64,000 nucleotides of DNA from Chara braunii (taxonomy: Eukaryota; Plantae; Charophyceae). The notes under the pieces were generated by a model. The model saw nothing but the letters and a program-made list of their open reading frames with translations. It made no database searches and had not been told where the DNA came from. Numbering within the stretch: position 1 is the stretch's first letter; every line of letters starts with the position of its first letter. The stretch lies in the NCBI GenBank assembly GCA_003427395.1, contig BFEA01000023.1:1579937-1643936 (forward strand), read 5' to 3'. Positions 25,080 to 37,095 of this stretch are shown in pieces. The position numbers and the translations under genes are program-made.

Positions 25080-25330
25080 ATTTGGGGAGGCTAGGCTACC
25101 CTTCTAATAAAACCCCCTTTCACAGAGATATACCGCTGACCCTCCTAAACTGGATTTGGCAGGCTAGGCTACCCTTTCAATAAAAACCTCTTCACAGAGA
25201 CACACCCCTGACGACCCTCACTGAGGCTATAAACTACCCTTCAATAAACCCCGCTTCACAGGGACAAGGCGCGGACCCTCCTAAATTGGGTTTGGCAGGC
25301 AAGGCTACCTCTCAATAAACCCCCTGTCAC
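25078..25330. repeat. Degenerate ~60-75-bp tandem repeat (AGGCTACCCT..AATAAA.CCC..TTCACAG)
   Basis: Four recognisable units directly upstream of the trnG copy. Confidence 0.7.
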
Positions 25331-25351
25331 GCACCACAAAGTGGATTGATG

Positions 25352-25423
25352 GTGGAAATAGCTTAATGGTAGAGTATAGCCTCGCCAAGGCTAAGGTTGA
25401 GGGTTCAAATCCCTTTTTCCGCT
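25352..25423 (+). tRNA. trnG: Mitochondrial-type tRNA-Gly(GCC) pseudogene (NUMT or retrocopy)
   Basis: GTGGAAATAGCTTAATGGTAGAGTATAGCCTCGCCAAGGCTAAGGTTGAGGGTTCAAATCCCTTTTTCCGCT folds into a cloverleaf and closely matches plant mitochondrial trnG-GCC as recalled; the invariant U33 is C. Confidence 0.85.
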
Positions 25424-26233
25424 CGTCAGCTTCTTTCGCTGCCTGGCCAAGAAAAGAATGGAGCCGACACCACCCCACCCTGGGGTGGGTGGGAAAGATG
25501 AACGCTTCGCGGCGGAAAATGTCACAGATGATTGCAGCTGCAGTTTGGTGGAAAGCAGTTTCTATCATGGGTGTGGAATACAGATAGCCCACTGCCAAGC
25601 CCCTCTTCATACTCTCTTTTTTTTTCTTTTTTTTTTTCAGCCCCACTTCCCACTCTCATTGTCCACATTCTTGATGTATCTGGCCGTCCACCATACATCC
25701 ATGGGAAAAAATCCCAAAAAAGAAAAGAAGAAGAAGAAGAAGAAGACGCCGCCACCGCCGCCAATGACGACGACAAAGAAGAAGAAGAAGAAGAAGAAGA
25801 AGAAGAAGAAGAAGAAGAAGAAGAAGAAGAAGAAGAAGAAGAAGAAGGAAGATCACACATTCACAAAACCAAAAAAAAACATAAGCTCAAAGCAAGAAAA
25901 AAAAAAAAAGGAAGAAGAAAGTGACACTTTGTGGTAAAAGGCAAAATTTTAGGCAAGGTCTGTCTGTCCCCCTACCGGCAGCGTTCTTCGACCCCATTCA
26001 AGTGCCTCCTGGTGCGAAAAGTGATACAAGTCGAGCCGGTCGGGCCCCTTGATTGCACCGCCACGATCTTCAACCTGCAAAACAGCGTAAGGTAAACCAA
26101 ACACATCCCATGACCAAGTGGTCCCCACAAATAGAATTCCAACTTTAGAGAAGTAATTTCACTGCCATACAGTGCCAGTGCCTTTTCACTACTTCTCACT
26201 CAGTTGTCGCCTTCTTGTTGATAGACGTCAACT

Positions 26234-26324
<91 letters not shown>

Positions 26325-26424
26325 CTCTTACTGACTAGCTTCACTCTACTTTTCCATTACAAAGCGGCATGACAGGGTTCACCACGATGATGATGATGGT
26401 GAGGACGATCAAACGCTGGACAAA

Positions 26425-26828
26425 ATCATCATCAGAATCACCATCGGAACGTCAACCGAATCATCATCAGAAATTAGAATCATCAGAATCATCATTGGAC
26501 TAATCATCATCAGAATCTGAATCAAGCACAAGAATGGCGATAATTATACAACAGGGGTAGGGGGCAAGGTGGGGGTGGAATTGGGATAATCAGGAGAATC
26601 ATCACCAGAATCATCACCAGAATCATCACCAGAATCATCACCAGAATCATCACCAGAATCATCATCACAGGAATCAGTAATTAGAATCATCACCAGAATC
26701 ATGACCAGAATCATCACCAGAATCATCATCACAGGAATCAGTAATTAGAATCATCATCAGAATCATCACCGTTTCACCAGAATCATCACTTGAATCATTA
26801 TCGGAATCATCATCAGAATATCAGAACC
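26425..26828. repeat. 12-bp minisatellite (AGAATCATCACC)n
   Basis: Two degenerate arrays, each followed by AATTATACAACAGG.GTAGGG. Confidence 0.9.
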
Positions 26829-27370
26829 AGACGCTTGAATGCTGACAATTATACAACAGGAGTAGGGCAACAAGGAGAGGGGGGGGGGGGGGGGGGGGGN
26901 NNNNNNNNNNNNNNNNNNNNNNNNNNNNNNNNNNNNNNNNNNNNNNNNNNNNNNNNNNNNNNNNNNNNNNNNNNNNNNNNNNNNNNNNNNNNNNNNNNNN
27001 NNNNNNNNNNNNNNNNNNNNNNNNNNNNNNNNNNNNNNNNNNNNNNNNNNNNNNNNNNNNNNNNNNNNNNNNNNNNNNNNNNNNNNNNNNNNNNNNNNNN
27101 NNNNNNNNNNNNNNNNNNNNNNNNNNNNNNNNNNNNNNNNNNNNNNNNNNNNNNNNNNNNNNNNNNNNNNNNNNNNNNNNNNNNNNNNNNNNNNNNNNNN
27201 NNNNNNNNNNNNNNNNNNNNNNNNNNNNNNNNNNNNNNNNNNNNNNNNNNNNNNNNNNNNNNNNNNNNNNNNNNNNNNNNNNNNNNNNNNNNNNNNNNNN
27301 NNNNNNNNNNNNNNNNNNNNNNNNNNNNAGGCACACACACACGCGCACACACACACACGCACACACACAC

Positions 27371-27425
<55 letters not shown>

Positions 27426-27721
27426 CATGGATGTAGGCATACATACGTACACGTACTGAAGCAGAGGTGGGAGAAAGGTGGGGTGCAAGCTGATGGGACC
27501 TCAGAAACTAAAGAAGCACTGGTCTGGTGTGTGTGGGATGAACTGACCTCGCCCCAACCGTAACCGGGGATGAACATACGTGTTCCGAATGCATAGTACT
27601 TTGTGTCTGCTGCAATTGTGCCTCGCCTTGGGAAGAACCTCCATGGGAACAGCAGCAACCGGCCAGGGATTTTCCAGTACTGTTGGATGCTCAGCTTTGA
27701 CAGTATCGGTGGCCGAGACTG

Positions 27722-27767
<46 letters not shown>

Positions 27768-27833
27768 TCAGTGGAGTGAATATAACATGTCATCATATAT
27801 TTATTCAGTCATTTATTTAAATTATTTTCACTT

Positions 27834-27906
27834 GTCCTTCGGGACATCCGTTAAAATTGGAACAGTACAGAGAAGATTAGCATGGCCCCTGCACAAGGAC
27901 GACACG
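27834..27906 (+). pseudogene. U6: U6 snRNA retrocopy, 3'-truncated with A-tail
   Basis: GTCCTTCGGGACATCCGTTAAAATTGGAAC..TACAGAGAAGATTAGCATGGCCCCTGCACAAGGACGACACG, then poly(A). Confidence 0.92.
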
Positions 27907-29220
27907 TTAAAAAAAAAAAACAACCTTATTTTAAGTTATTTTAAGGAGCCCCTGCTGCAAATGTGCCCGCCCTAAGTGAAGGCGGGCCTAACAAATCACG
28001 AGAGGCCCTAAGCTGTCAAATTCATATTTGGGGTCCAGGCAGTTTCGTCGCGCCAGTTGGTTGGGGAAAACACAGGCCGAGCAGCGAGACATTCCACGGC
28101 CTTCGAGGCCTTTCCAAAATGATGCAGGCCCTGGACGAGAATCGCAGGCTCATACACAGACAGTTGGGAGGCCCAACTGAATGAGGCCCAGTAGCTGCAC
28201 CAGAGGCGCAGCATCCTGGGGTGTGCCAGAAGCTTCTGGGCCCAGGCCCAGACCAGTCAGGATTGTGAAGGCAGGCAGACTCTTTCCATATACGAAAGAG
28301 CTCGTTGCCTGGAGCCTCATTCAGGCACCTGCATGCTAGCGGCAGCGCCGCTGGAGCTGACGCTCGTGGGCTGCTGCTGGCGCTGAGAGGCGACGTGCAA
28401 GCGCGTGCGGTCATGCAGGGAACAGGGCGCTGCTGAGGGCAGCGCCATAGCCCAGCCTCCATAGCTGGCTGAGGGCTTGGTTGTACAGTGAGGCGCAGGG
28501 GTGGTCTTCGGGTGTACAAAAGGAAGACGTGGGAAGACGAGGGAGAGAGAGAGAAGGATGATGATGGTGATGATGATGATGATGTGAGGGCACATAGCTG
28601 GTATTGGCGATGGTTCTGCATGGGCGACATCTTCAAGTACTTCGGAGGCTGCTGACGTCAACAGTTGCATTGTCAATTAGAAGGCTAGTAGTAGCTGTGT
28701 AGGGAGTAGGCTGGGCACCGAGCGCCAAGCAGGGAGATAGGGACTGGATACATGTGTTGGTGGTGGTGAGAGGAAGCTCTCATTGACATTGGTTTTCAGT
28801 GCTACGATTCTCCATTGGTGTCATATTGGTGCAATGCTGCTTTCTGAACACTGTGATACGATCTGGCTTTCAATGTGATTGTGCAATCTGAATATTGTCA
28901 TCTCGCTATTGCTCATTTTCCTTGCATATTTATTTATTTAAATATTTGTTTTCATTTATTCATTCATTTATTTATTTTCATTATTTATTTTACGATAAAG
29001 CAGCAACTTATGGTCAGTGAACAATACTGAATATATAACATCATTTATTATTTATTTATTTATTTTTAATTAGATTTCCAAATTTGAAATTTCCCAAACA
29101 GTAAAACTTATATACTGTCAGTTTGTCACATTGACTTGCATATATAGATATATACATAAATATAATAAAATATTGGAATAGAGAACGTCCCAGCAAACGG
29201 GGGCCTGAGAGAGACTGTTT

Positions 29221-29335
29221 GTTGAACTTTCACCAACATTGCAGTTGAACTTTCACCAACATTGCAGTTGAACTTTCACCAACATTGCAGTTGAACTTTC
29301 ACCAACATTGCAGTTGAACTTTCACCAACGTTGCA
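29221..29335. repeat. 23-bp tandem repeat x5 (GTTGAACTTTCACCAACATTGCA)
   Basis: Directly adjacent units, no spacers. Confidence 0.92.
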
Positions 29336-30351
29336 GGAGGCTGAACGCTTGACAGTCTGCAGACAGTGCAGAGGAATTTTTTTTTAGGGCAGAGTCGCAG
29401 AAGTTTATTATAAAAAATAAAAAATAAAAAAGTCCCAACTGGTACCCAGCCCATGTGGCTGAATGGTACACCCATGGACTGTTTGAGAAACAGACCTGAG
29501 TTCAAGTCCTGATTGAATCAAATGAATACAGTAAGTAACTGAATTGCCTGAGGCTGGTCAGTTTGATGGTGATACCTCAAGGCCATGGCACTTTTCAAAA
29601 AGAAAAAGAAAAAGACTTACGAACTCCCAATCGAACAGAAGCACGCAAAGATCCCCACAACCCTTTTGTAAAATAAAATTAAAAAAAAAAAAAAGAAGCA
29701 TACGAAGATGGGAAGGAGAGTAAGATAAGCTATGTTTCCTATCTTGAGCAATACGCTCCTCAACAACCACCTCTCTCCTTCTTGCACACTACACTACCTT
29801 CTTCCCCCCTAATCTAACAGGCTACTAACAACCCATCATCAGGAGAGTATACAAACCCAGTTCCAGTCCAGATACAGTCATAATGCTGAGGTATTGTGTC
29901 TGGGAGAGGAAGATACTGTGCAAGAATGAGAGAGGCAGTGCTTGAGGAGCGCATTGCTCAAGAGAGGAAACATAGCCGGAGGATAAGGAGGCGGAGAAGG
30001 AGGCGGCGGAGGAGGAGGAGGCGGAGGAGGCAGAGGAGAAGGAGGAGGAGGAGGAGAAGGGAACCTGCCACCATAGCCGGCCAATGGTCTCTTCTTTGGG
30101 ACATGGATGTCTATGGGACGCTGGACCCAGTTTCCAGCAGGTGCTGCTCCCCACCAATAGATCGAAGCCTTGTGTTCAAAAAAAAAAACAAAAAAAAAAA
30201 CAGAAAAAAAGGTTTAAAAAAAAAAACTCACCTGCCCTGGATATCGACCATTCGATGTGAAGCCTTTGTACGGTACACCGACAAGATTGGTACCTGTCCA
30301 ATACCTGCAAGACCCATGGACAAACCGAGAAACAAGAAACCAGTTTTATAA

Positions 30352-30460
30352 GTCCTTCAGGACATCCGTTCAATTTTTGCAACGATACAGAGAAAGAAGA
30401 TTAGCATGCCCCCCCCCTGCACAAGGATGCCACGCATTCATCGAGAAATGGTCCAAATTT
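30352..30460 (+). pseudogene. U6: U6 snRNA copy, full length, degenerate
   Basis: GTCCTTCAGGACATCCG...GATACAGAGAAAGAAGATTAGCATG...CGAGAAATGGTCCAAATTT. Confidence 0.9.
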
Positions 30461-30498
30461 CACTAAACCGTATCCACATCATAACATTGCTGCAAACC

Positions 30499-30590
<92 letters not shown>

Positions 30591-30757
30591 GCGGTAACCT
30601 TTCGCCCACAAGGTGGAACCAATCGCACAGGTGCTTCCAGGCTTCCAACGTAGCAGCCCCTAAGCAGAGTACAGGTGGAGAGAGCAGGGTTTCAAACCCA
30701 GGCAGGTTGTTAGCCTGACTGAGGGTTAGACTCCGTTAGCGCACAGACTTGAGGGCC

Positions 30758-30788
<31 letters not shown>

Positions 30789-31384
30789 TGCCGTTCTTGA
30801 TTGCTTGGAAGTTGGAACTTGGAACGTAGCTCAGATCGGCCCAGACTTAACCGGAGTGCCAAGCATCAAAGAGCATAACTTTTGGACGTCAACAGACTCA
30901 ACACACAATTTTGGACATTTGGACCACAAAAAAAGTGTAAGGCTATCAAAGTCCATCTTGAAATCTCCAAGACACAATCTTTGAGACCCACCGCAAACAT
31001 TCGTCTCTGTTCGTTCTCTTTCACCCTAGGATTCGATGACTCGGGTCAATCCACCAGCGAACTGACAATTGACGAGGAGCTGATCCCAGTAGTCTGTCTA
31101 TCTGTAAAGTATTATTGATGGACAGAAATTCGACTCACTTTGCTACGAGTGGGCTTGTTAAATCCGGTGCGAGCCGGCGCTTACGAATCTTCAGCGGCAC
31201 CCATCCCTTATTGAATGTGAGGTAATGAGGGCCAGGCAACTTCAGCCCCCATTCCCAGCTACAGCAATACCCACAGCTGCAGAAGACCACAGAGAGATCA
31301 CAGGAAACAGGCAGACCCTGTCATGCATTCGCATTTCGAAACCTTGCATCAACAATTTGAATTTCAAAGTGGTAGGAGGAGGGA

Positions 31385-31845
31385 TAGGAAAAGGAAGGAG
31401 GAAGAAGAACAAGAGGAAGACGAAGTAAGAAGAAAGGAGAAGACAGAAGACAGAAGACAGAAGAAAGAAGAAAGAAGAAAGAAGAAAGAAGAAAGGAGAA
31501 AGAAGAAAGAAGAAAGAAGAAAGAAGAAAGAACAAGGACAACAACCACAACGAAGAAGAAGAAGAAGAGCAACAACAACAACAACAGGAAGAGGAGGAAG
31601 AAGAAAAAGAACAAAGAACAAAGGAAGAACAAAAAAGAAAGAAGAAAAAAGAAGAAGAAAGAAGGACAAAGGAAGAAGAAGAAGAGCAACAAAAGAAACA
31701 ACAACAACAACAACAACAAGAGGAGGAGGAGGAGGAGGAGGAGGAAGAAGAACAACAACAACAACAAAGAAGGAAGAACAAAAAAGAAGAAAGAGGAAGA
31801 AAGAAAGAAGAAAGAGGAAGAAAGAAAGAAGAAAGAGGAAGAAGT
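31385..31845. repeat. Purine-rich (GAA/GGA/CAA)n low-complexity tract
   Basis: About 450 bp with essentially no T on the + strand. Confidence 0.9.
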
Positions 31846-32618
31846 TTTTCTTTTTTTCTGCATACAATTTCTGGCATTGTTCCAGAACTCTAGGTAATTA
31901 ATGTGTTGCATACCAGAGCTAGATTCAGAAATATTTTAATTTTTCTTTTCTGGACGTGGTCTTACCATTCGCAAAGCAAGCAAACAAACCAAAGTCAAAC
32001 CAGAGTTGACTTTGGTTTGTTTGTTTGCTTTGCGAACAAGACAGACCGCCTCCAGGGGGGGGGGGGGGGGGGGGAGGGAGGGAAATGACGTTGTTCCCGA
32101 AGGAAAAAATAAAAAAAAGCCATTTCTGTCATTCCTTTCTCAAATCCTTGGTAATGTTGCATACCAGCCCAGAACCGCACATTTCACCTGACTGTGCTTT
32201 GTCTGTTGTTCTCTCTGCAGACAGACCGAGCACAAGCCTCACAGCCCAAACCTGAGTGAGCGTAGTCGAGCTGCAGCAAGACCATGCATCTCCAACACAC
32301 AGATTGTACGGCTCACGATTGATTGCAAGAAATCACATTTGAATCATTCCACTGGAAACTTCGCTGAAAATCGAAGATTGAACCTACTTCACATTAATTA
32401 ATTGTTTAAAAAATAGTAGAAATTCTTATAAATGTCCACAGGGGCACCCAGCTTCCCTGATCACATAGCATTAAAGAATTTAAAGTTGGTTAAACAGAAT
32501 AAGAAATGGTGCAGTGGATTGCCAGATCTGGCTGTCTGTCGATGGCCACGCACAATCTCCTCCCTCTGCAAGAACTTGTGGCTTTCCTAGTTCTCTTCTT
32601 GGGAAGTCTGGTTAGCTA

Positions 32619-32722
32619 CCTTTTTCCCCGAGTACAACGGACGGTCATTATAGCTGCATTTAGACTGAAAGATACCCCAAATACAGCTATAATGACCTTA
32701 CGTTGTATTCGGGGGAAGAAGG
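32619..32722. mobile_element. Same pogo-like MITE family
   Basis: TIRs CCTTTTTCCCCGAGTACAACG / CGTTGTATTCGGGGGAAGAAGG. Confidence 0.8.
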
Positions 32723-32958
32723 TTGGAGGGATAGAAGGTTCCTGGGTCTGAGGTCCGCCCCTTCCCACCCTGCTCTCCCAGCTCAAACATAAACATGCAG
32801 CCAGCTTCGATATCACACACACAAGACTGATTCAAGATCAAGATAAGAACTGGCCTTCCCCAGACATTCAGGTTCGTTTCAAAAAAGAAAAGAAAAAAAA
32901 AGAGTAACGGCAAGATCAAGATAAGAACTGGCCTTCCCCAGACATTCAGGTTCGTTTC

Positions 32959-32990
<32 letters not shown>

Positions 32991-33078
32991 ACAGCCAGGG
33001 TACACTTTCCTAAGAGATGGTCATCACAATTTAAGTGGGCTGACTTCTCGGAAGACGACTAGATTTTTTTTTTTTTAA

Positions 33079-33274
33079 CCACTAGTACCTCGCCCAGTGT
33101 TGGGAAATTAGGGAAAAGTGGCAGTTTTCCCAAACTCCTGAAAATTCGGCCCGACGACGGCTGCCATTGATAAATCTGATCGGCGGCGGTCGTTTCGGCC
33201 ATCCGAAAAGGTTGGAGGAAGGTCGGAGGCCCACCCGAGGCCCGCTATTTTCCCACGCGGCAAAGGTACTAGTG
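33079..33274. mobile_element. TTAA-type MITE variant (TIR CACTAGTACCT)
   Basis: 11-bp TIR preceded by TTAAC; resembles the ACCAC(C/T)(A/G)GTAC family. Confidence 0.6.
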
Positions 33275-33696
33275 TTTTTTTTTTAGCCCCTGTGTAGATA
33301 TTCTACTCGGACCCCCTATGGGACCACCCACGTCACAGCTCTGAATAACACACCCTTTCGTTTCTCCTCTGCCCTAATAAGTTATAACCCACCCAGGCCT
33401 AGTACAACCCTTGGTCATCAGACAGCCCACTGGCTGAGAGGGTCTGGTCACCACCTGTAGCTACCACTCTACTTCATTAACCTGCTACCTTACCTCTCTG
33501 CAAAGACTGGGGTAATGTCCCAGGTAGAACTACACAGTTGTTGTATCTCCTCCATTATTTTATTTTTTTCATTTTTTTTAATTATTATTAATTTTTGTAA
33601 ATGGCGACGGGCTTGAGATATCATATCAAGAATTGAACTGACCGGCCCCAGGTAATTTTCAGAATGATTTATTTACTTTGGTCATCTGATTGTATC

Positions 33697-33869
33697 TGGA
33701 TTCGAACTTGAGTCTGATTCATATTTCCAGAGTTCGTGGGTGTACCAACTGACCTACCTTCTTCCCCCGAATACAACGTACGGTCATTATAGCTGTATTT
33801 GACGCATGTTTCAGTCTAGATACAGCTATAGTGACCGTACGTTGTATTCGGGGGAAGAAGGTAGGCCCC
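33697..33869 (-). mobile_element. tRNA-derived SINE head interrupted by a MITE in its A box
   Basis: Removing 33757-33863 restores GGGGCCTAGGTCAGTTGGTACACCCAC...AAGTTCGAATCC. A related degenerate head lies at 29445-29512 (+). Confidence 0.6.
33757..33861. mobile_element. Tc1/mariner(pogo)-like MITE with TA TSD
   Basis: ~42-bp near-perfect TIR CCTTCTTCCCCCGAATACAACGTACGGTCA..., with TA on both sides. Confidence 0.85.
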
Positions 33870-34893
33870 TTGGTATCTCCTTCATTTTTTATTTTTTTTA
33901 TTGCTGATTATAAGGGACGCTGGACCCGCTCTCCAGCAGGTGAAGCTCCCCTGGGCCACATAATAATTAAAAAAAAAACTTCTGCCTTTCCCTTTTGGGG
34001 GATAAGACCGTGATTGCATGCACTGTACGCTTGCCCTCGCTTATGCAAGTGCATATTTGTGAGACTGTACCTGGATGGACAACGCGTCCGGATGCAGATC
34101 ATGCACCTGGCCCTTTTGTCGATCAGGCAAACTCCAGAGGGCGTGGAGCAATTGTACCGTACCCTCTCTTTCACGTTAACCCATTCATTTTTTCGCCACC
34201 TTCTCCCGCCGCCCGCCCCCCCCACCCCCTCCTGCCGCCCCGCCGGCCTAACCCCCATCCCGAATCTTCACCTGTCTCACGTAGGCGACAGACCGAGAAA
34301 GATGGCAGTTGAGGTGGCCCGGGGAGAGGAGGTCTGGAGTGGGGTGGGGTGGGGTGGGGTGGGGTGGGGTGGGGGGGGGAGGAGGGGATAAGAAAATGGA
34401 ACCGAAGTTGAGAATTACCTGCCTGGGGGAAAAGAAAAAAAAAACGGACAAAAAGAGAGAGAGAGAGAGAGTATACCTGCATGACGGATGAATTGCGAGC
34501 ATGTGTCGCTATTGATTGACTCAACGAATTAAGAGTTTTTTTTATTTGTTTTTCCACTATAAAAACTGCAGGTCGAGGCCGCCAATAAAGAAAAAACATT
34601 TGTGGAATACAATAGGATTACATGCTAGCCCCAGGTCCCTCTAGCAAAGAAGATTGGAATAAGCGCCTGAATCTGGATGGATTTACCGCAGAGATGCAGA
34701 AAAGCAGATCAATACGCCATTTTCTGCGCCTCTCGATAAACGCGTCCAGATGCAGCGGCTCATCATGGAGCCTCGTCCCTGGCCCAATATACATCGGAAA
34801 GTAAAGGGGCAGAAAAAGAGAGAAGGTGAGGTGGGGTGGGGTGGGGGGGGGGAAGGGGAGGAAATTGAGGCAGGGAGAGATATCTGAAGGCGC

Positions 34894-35002
34894 ATACCTT
34901 TCTCGGCCTTTTGGCTAAGTAAGATCAAGTGCAATGTATCTGTTCTGATCAGTTTAAATATCTAATCTGTGGTCCATTGGGAGAGGAAAAAAAAAAAAAA
35001 AA
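34894..35002 (+). pseudogene. U2: U2 snRNA 5' fragment retrocopy with poly(A) and 12-bp TSD
   Basis: ATACCTTTCTCGGCCTTTTGGCTAAG...ATCAAGTG...TATCTGTTCT..TCAGTTTAA; TSD ATCTGAAGGCGC at 34882-34893 and 35003-35014. Confidence 0.92.
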
Positions 35003-35682
35003 ATCTGAAGGCGCCTTCCCCGCCGTCTTCACCCTATGGAACGCCCCGTCATTACCATTGTATCTATAGACTGAATGTTGACCAGGTACAGTTACCGGGC
35101 GTTGTATTCGCGGGGGGATGACGATAACCGGATCAAAGACGGGGGCCGAAGGAGGAGCAAAGTGCCATTGGTATCGCGACTGTCTGGCGCGCAGTCGCGA
35201 CTGGGCTTGCCTGAAATTTGTCCTTGGCGGGAAATCTGCAAGCGGCAGCGCTCGAATCTTTTTCGTTTTCGTTTTTTTTTTTTTCAGAACAAGGCTCTAA
35301 TCTATTCGTTTGTTTGGAATAAAGAAAATCTTACCCATTATCAACAATGTCCGTGTCCTTGAATAAGCGAAATCAAAAAAAAAAAAAAAGAAAAAAAAAA
35401 AGCGCAATCAATAAAGATCAGCTTCATATCTGGATCCATGGTCCACATCAGATCATTGAAAACGGAAAAAAAAAACAAAAGAACATATACTGTGATCTAG
35501 GGGAAAAGGAAAAAAAAAAAAGGAACAAAACAACTATGTCGACAGAATTATCCACAAGATCATTTATGATCATTGACCATCTCTGAGCTTAATTGACACC
35601 GCGAAAAAGATTTAAAAAAAAGAAAAAAATGGAGCGCATATTAAGGCCAATAAATCCTCCCAACACCCCAACACCCCAACAC

Positions 35683-35817
35683 CATGGGCTCACCGCACCA
35701 CTCGCCAAACGCCAATATTTTCCTGTCATGATCCCCGGATACATTCAAAAATTTGGCGTAAAATAAAAATAAAAATAAAAAATGGCGTTTGGCGCAGTGG
35801 TGCGGCGAGCCCCCATG
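35683..35817. mobile_element. Short MITE, possibly hAT-like
   Basis: ~32-bp imperfect TIR CATGGGCTCACCGCACCACTCGCCAAACGCCA; no clear TSD. Confidence 0.6.
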
Positions 35818-36035
35818 CGTTGCAGACTCTCAGGTGATACTCCCACTACATGTAGGACTTTTGTAAATGTATCCGACCGCAATTACTGCCAGATCTTATG
35901 AATCTGACAGCAATCACGTCCAGAGCCTTAAAGAAAAAGTATTTGTGTGAGTATGCCCTCCATGTTATAGACACGTAAGTTATGTACCATTAATTAATAA
36001 CATAATAATAATAATAAATAAATAAATAAATAACC

Positions 36036-36304
36036 TACGCTACCAGAGTGGCCCGGGACCACTTGCCCGGCCGGGCCAAAAAGGATTAAAATAAATAAAA
36101 ATAAAATTTTATTTTACAATTTTTATTTTTATTTTCAAATTGGTAAAGAATTTCGATATGACCCTGAGGCAAAAGTTGTTCTGTTTATTTTTCTGCATAA
36201 CATAGTTTTTTCCCGGATTTTTTGGGATTTTTTTTTTTTTTTTTTTGCTGGGACCATCCGCACGGGCAACACAAGGTGACCCGGGCGGCCGGGCTGGTAG
36301 CCTA
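36036..36304. mobile_element. Short-TIR non-autonomous DNA element
   Basis: TACGCTACCAG ... CTGGTAGCCTA termini; left subterminal GACCACTTGCCCGGCCGGGCCAAAAA recurs at 55036-55061. Confidence 0.45.
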
Positions 36305-36406
36305 GTAAATAACATAATAATTGTCGTCCTGTAATAGCAACCATAATGGACGGTGGTGATACTCTCCAACCACGTGGTAGTCATCTACGAGAGTAATCAA
36401 TCACAA

Positions 36407-37095
36407 GTGAATCAGACAAAGCAAGTGCAAATGGACTGAAATCAGATAGAAAATTGATTACTGTAAGTGCAGTTTTGACACAGGTTATACGGCATTCCCA
36501 ATGGCGCGCAGTAGCGTTCTTGATTTTTTTTATTTATTTTTTTTTTCTTGTTTGCGTTCGGGAATGTAGGTTGCGTCAGATTTTATCACATGATCTGCCT
36601 CTCAACATCTCTGCATAAAACACATCCAGATTCAGAGTGAATCCGACAAAGCAAGTGCAAATGGACTGAAATCAGATAGGAAAAAAGGAGAGAAAAAATA
36701 TTGATGAAGTACAATTTTGACACAGGTTACGTCATCCCAATGGCGCGCAGTGGCGTTCTTGAATTTTTTTTTTTCTTTTTTTGGCGTTCTCGAATGTAAG
36801 TTGCGTCAGATTTTATCAAATGATCTGCCTTCCTGCACCTCTGCATAAAACACATCCAGATTCAGAGCGAATCCGACAAAGCAAATGCAAATGGACTGAA
36901 ATCAGATAGTAATTTTTCTAAGTACAATTTTGACACAAGTTACGGCATCCCAATGGCGCGCAGAGGCGTTCTTGATTTCTTTTTTTTTTTTTCTTTTTTT
37001 TTTCCTTTTTTTTTTGCGTTCTGAAATGTAACTTGCGTCAGATTATCAAATGATCTGCCTTTCTGCACCTCTGCATAAAACACATCCAGATTCAG
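36407..37095. repeat. ~230-bp tandem repeat x3
   Basis: Units start G(T/C)GAATC(A/C)GACAAAGCAA at about 36407, 36637 and 36867 and end CATAAAACACATCCAGATTCAG. Confidence 0.9.

Noticed and set aside
33080-33274. CACTA (En/Spm) element from CACTA...TAGTG ends
   Set aside because: No 3-bp TSD, and the termini match the TTAA-flanked ACCAC.RGTAC family better.
34341-34387. G-quadruplex-capable (GGGGT)n (also 53658-53700)
   Set aside because: Ordinary simple repeats in a microsatellite-rich genome with no functional context.
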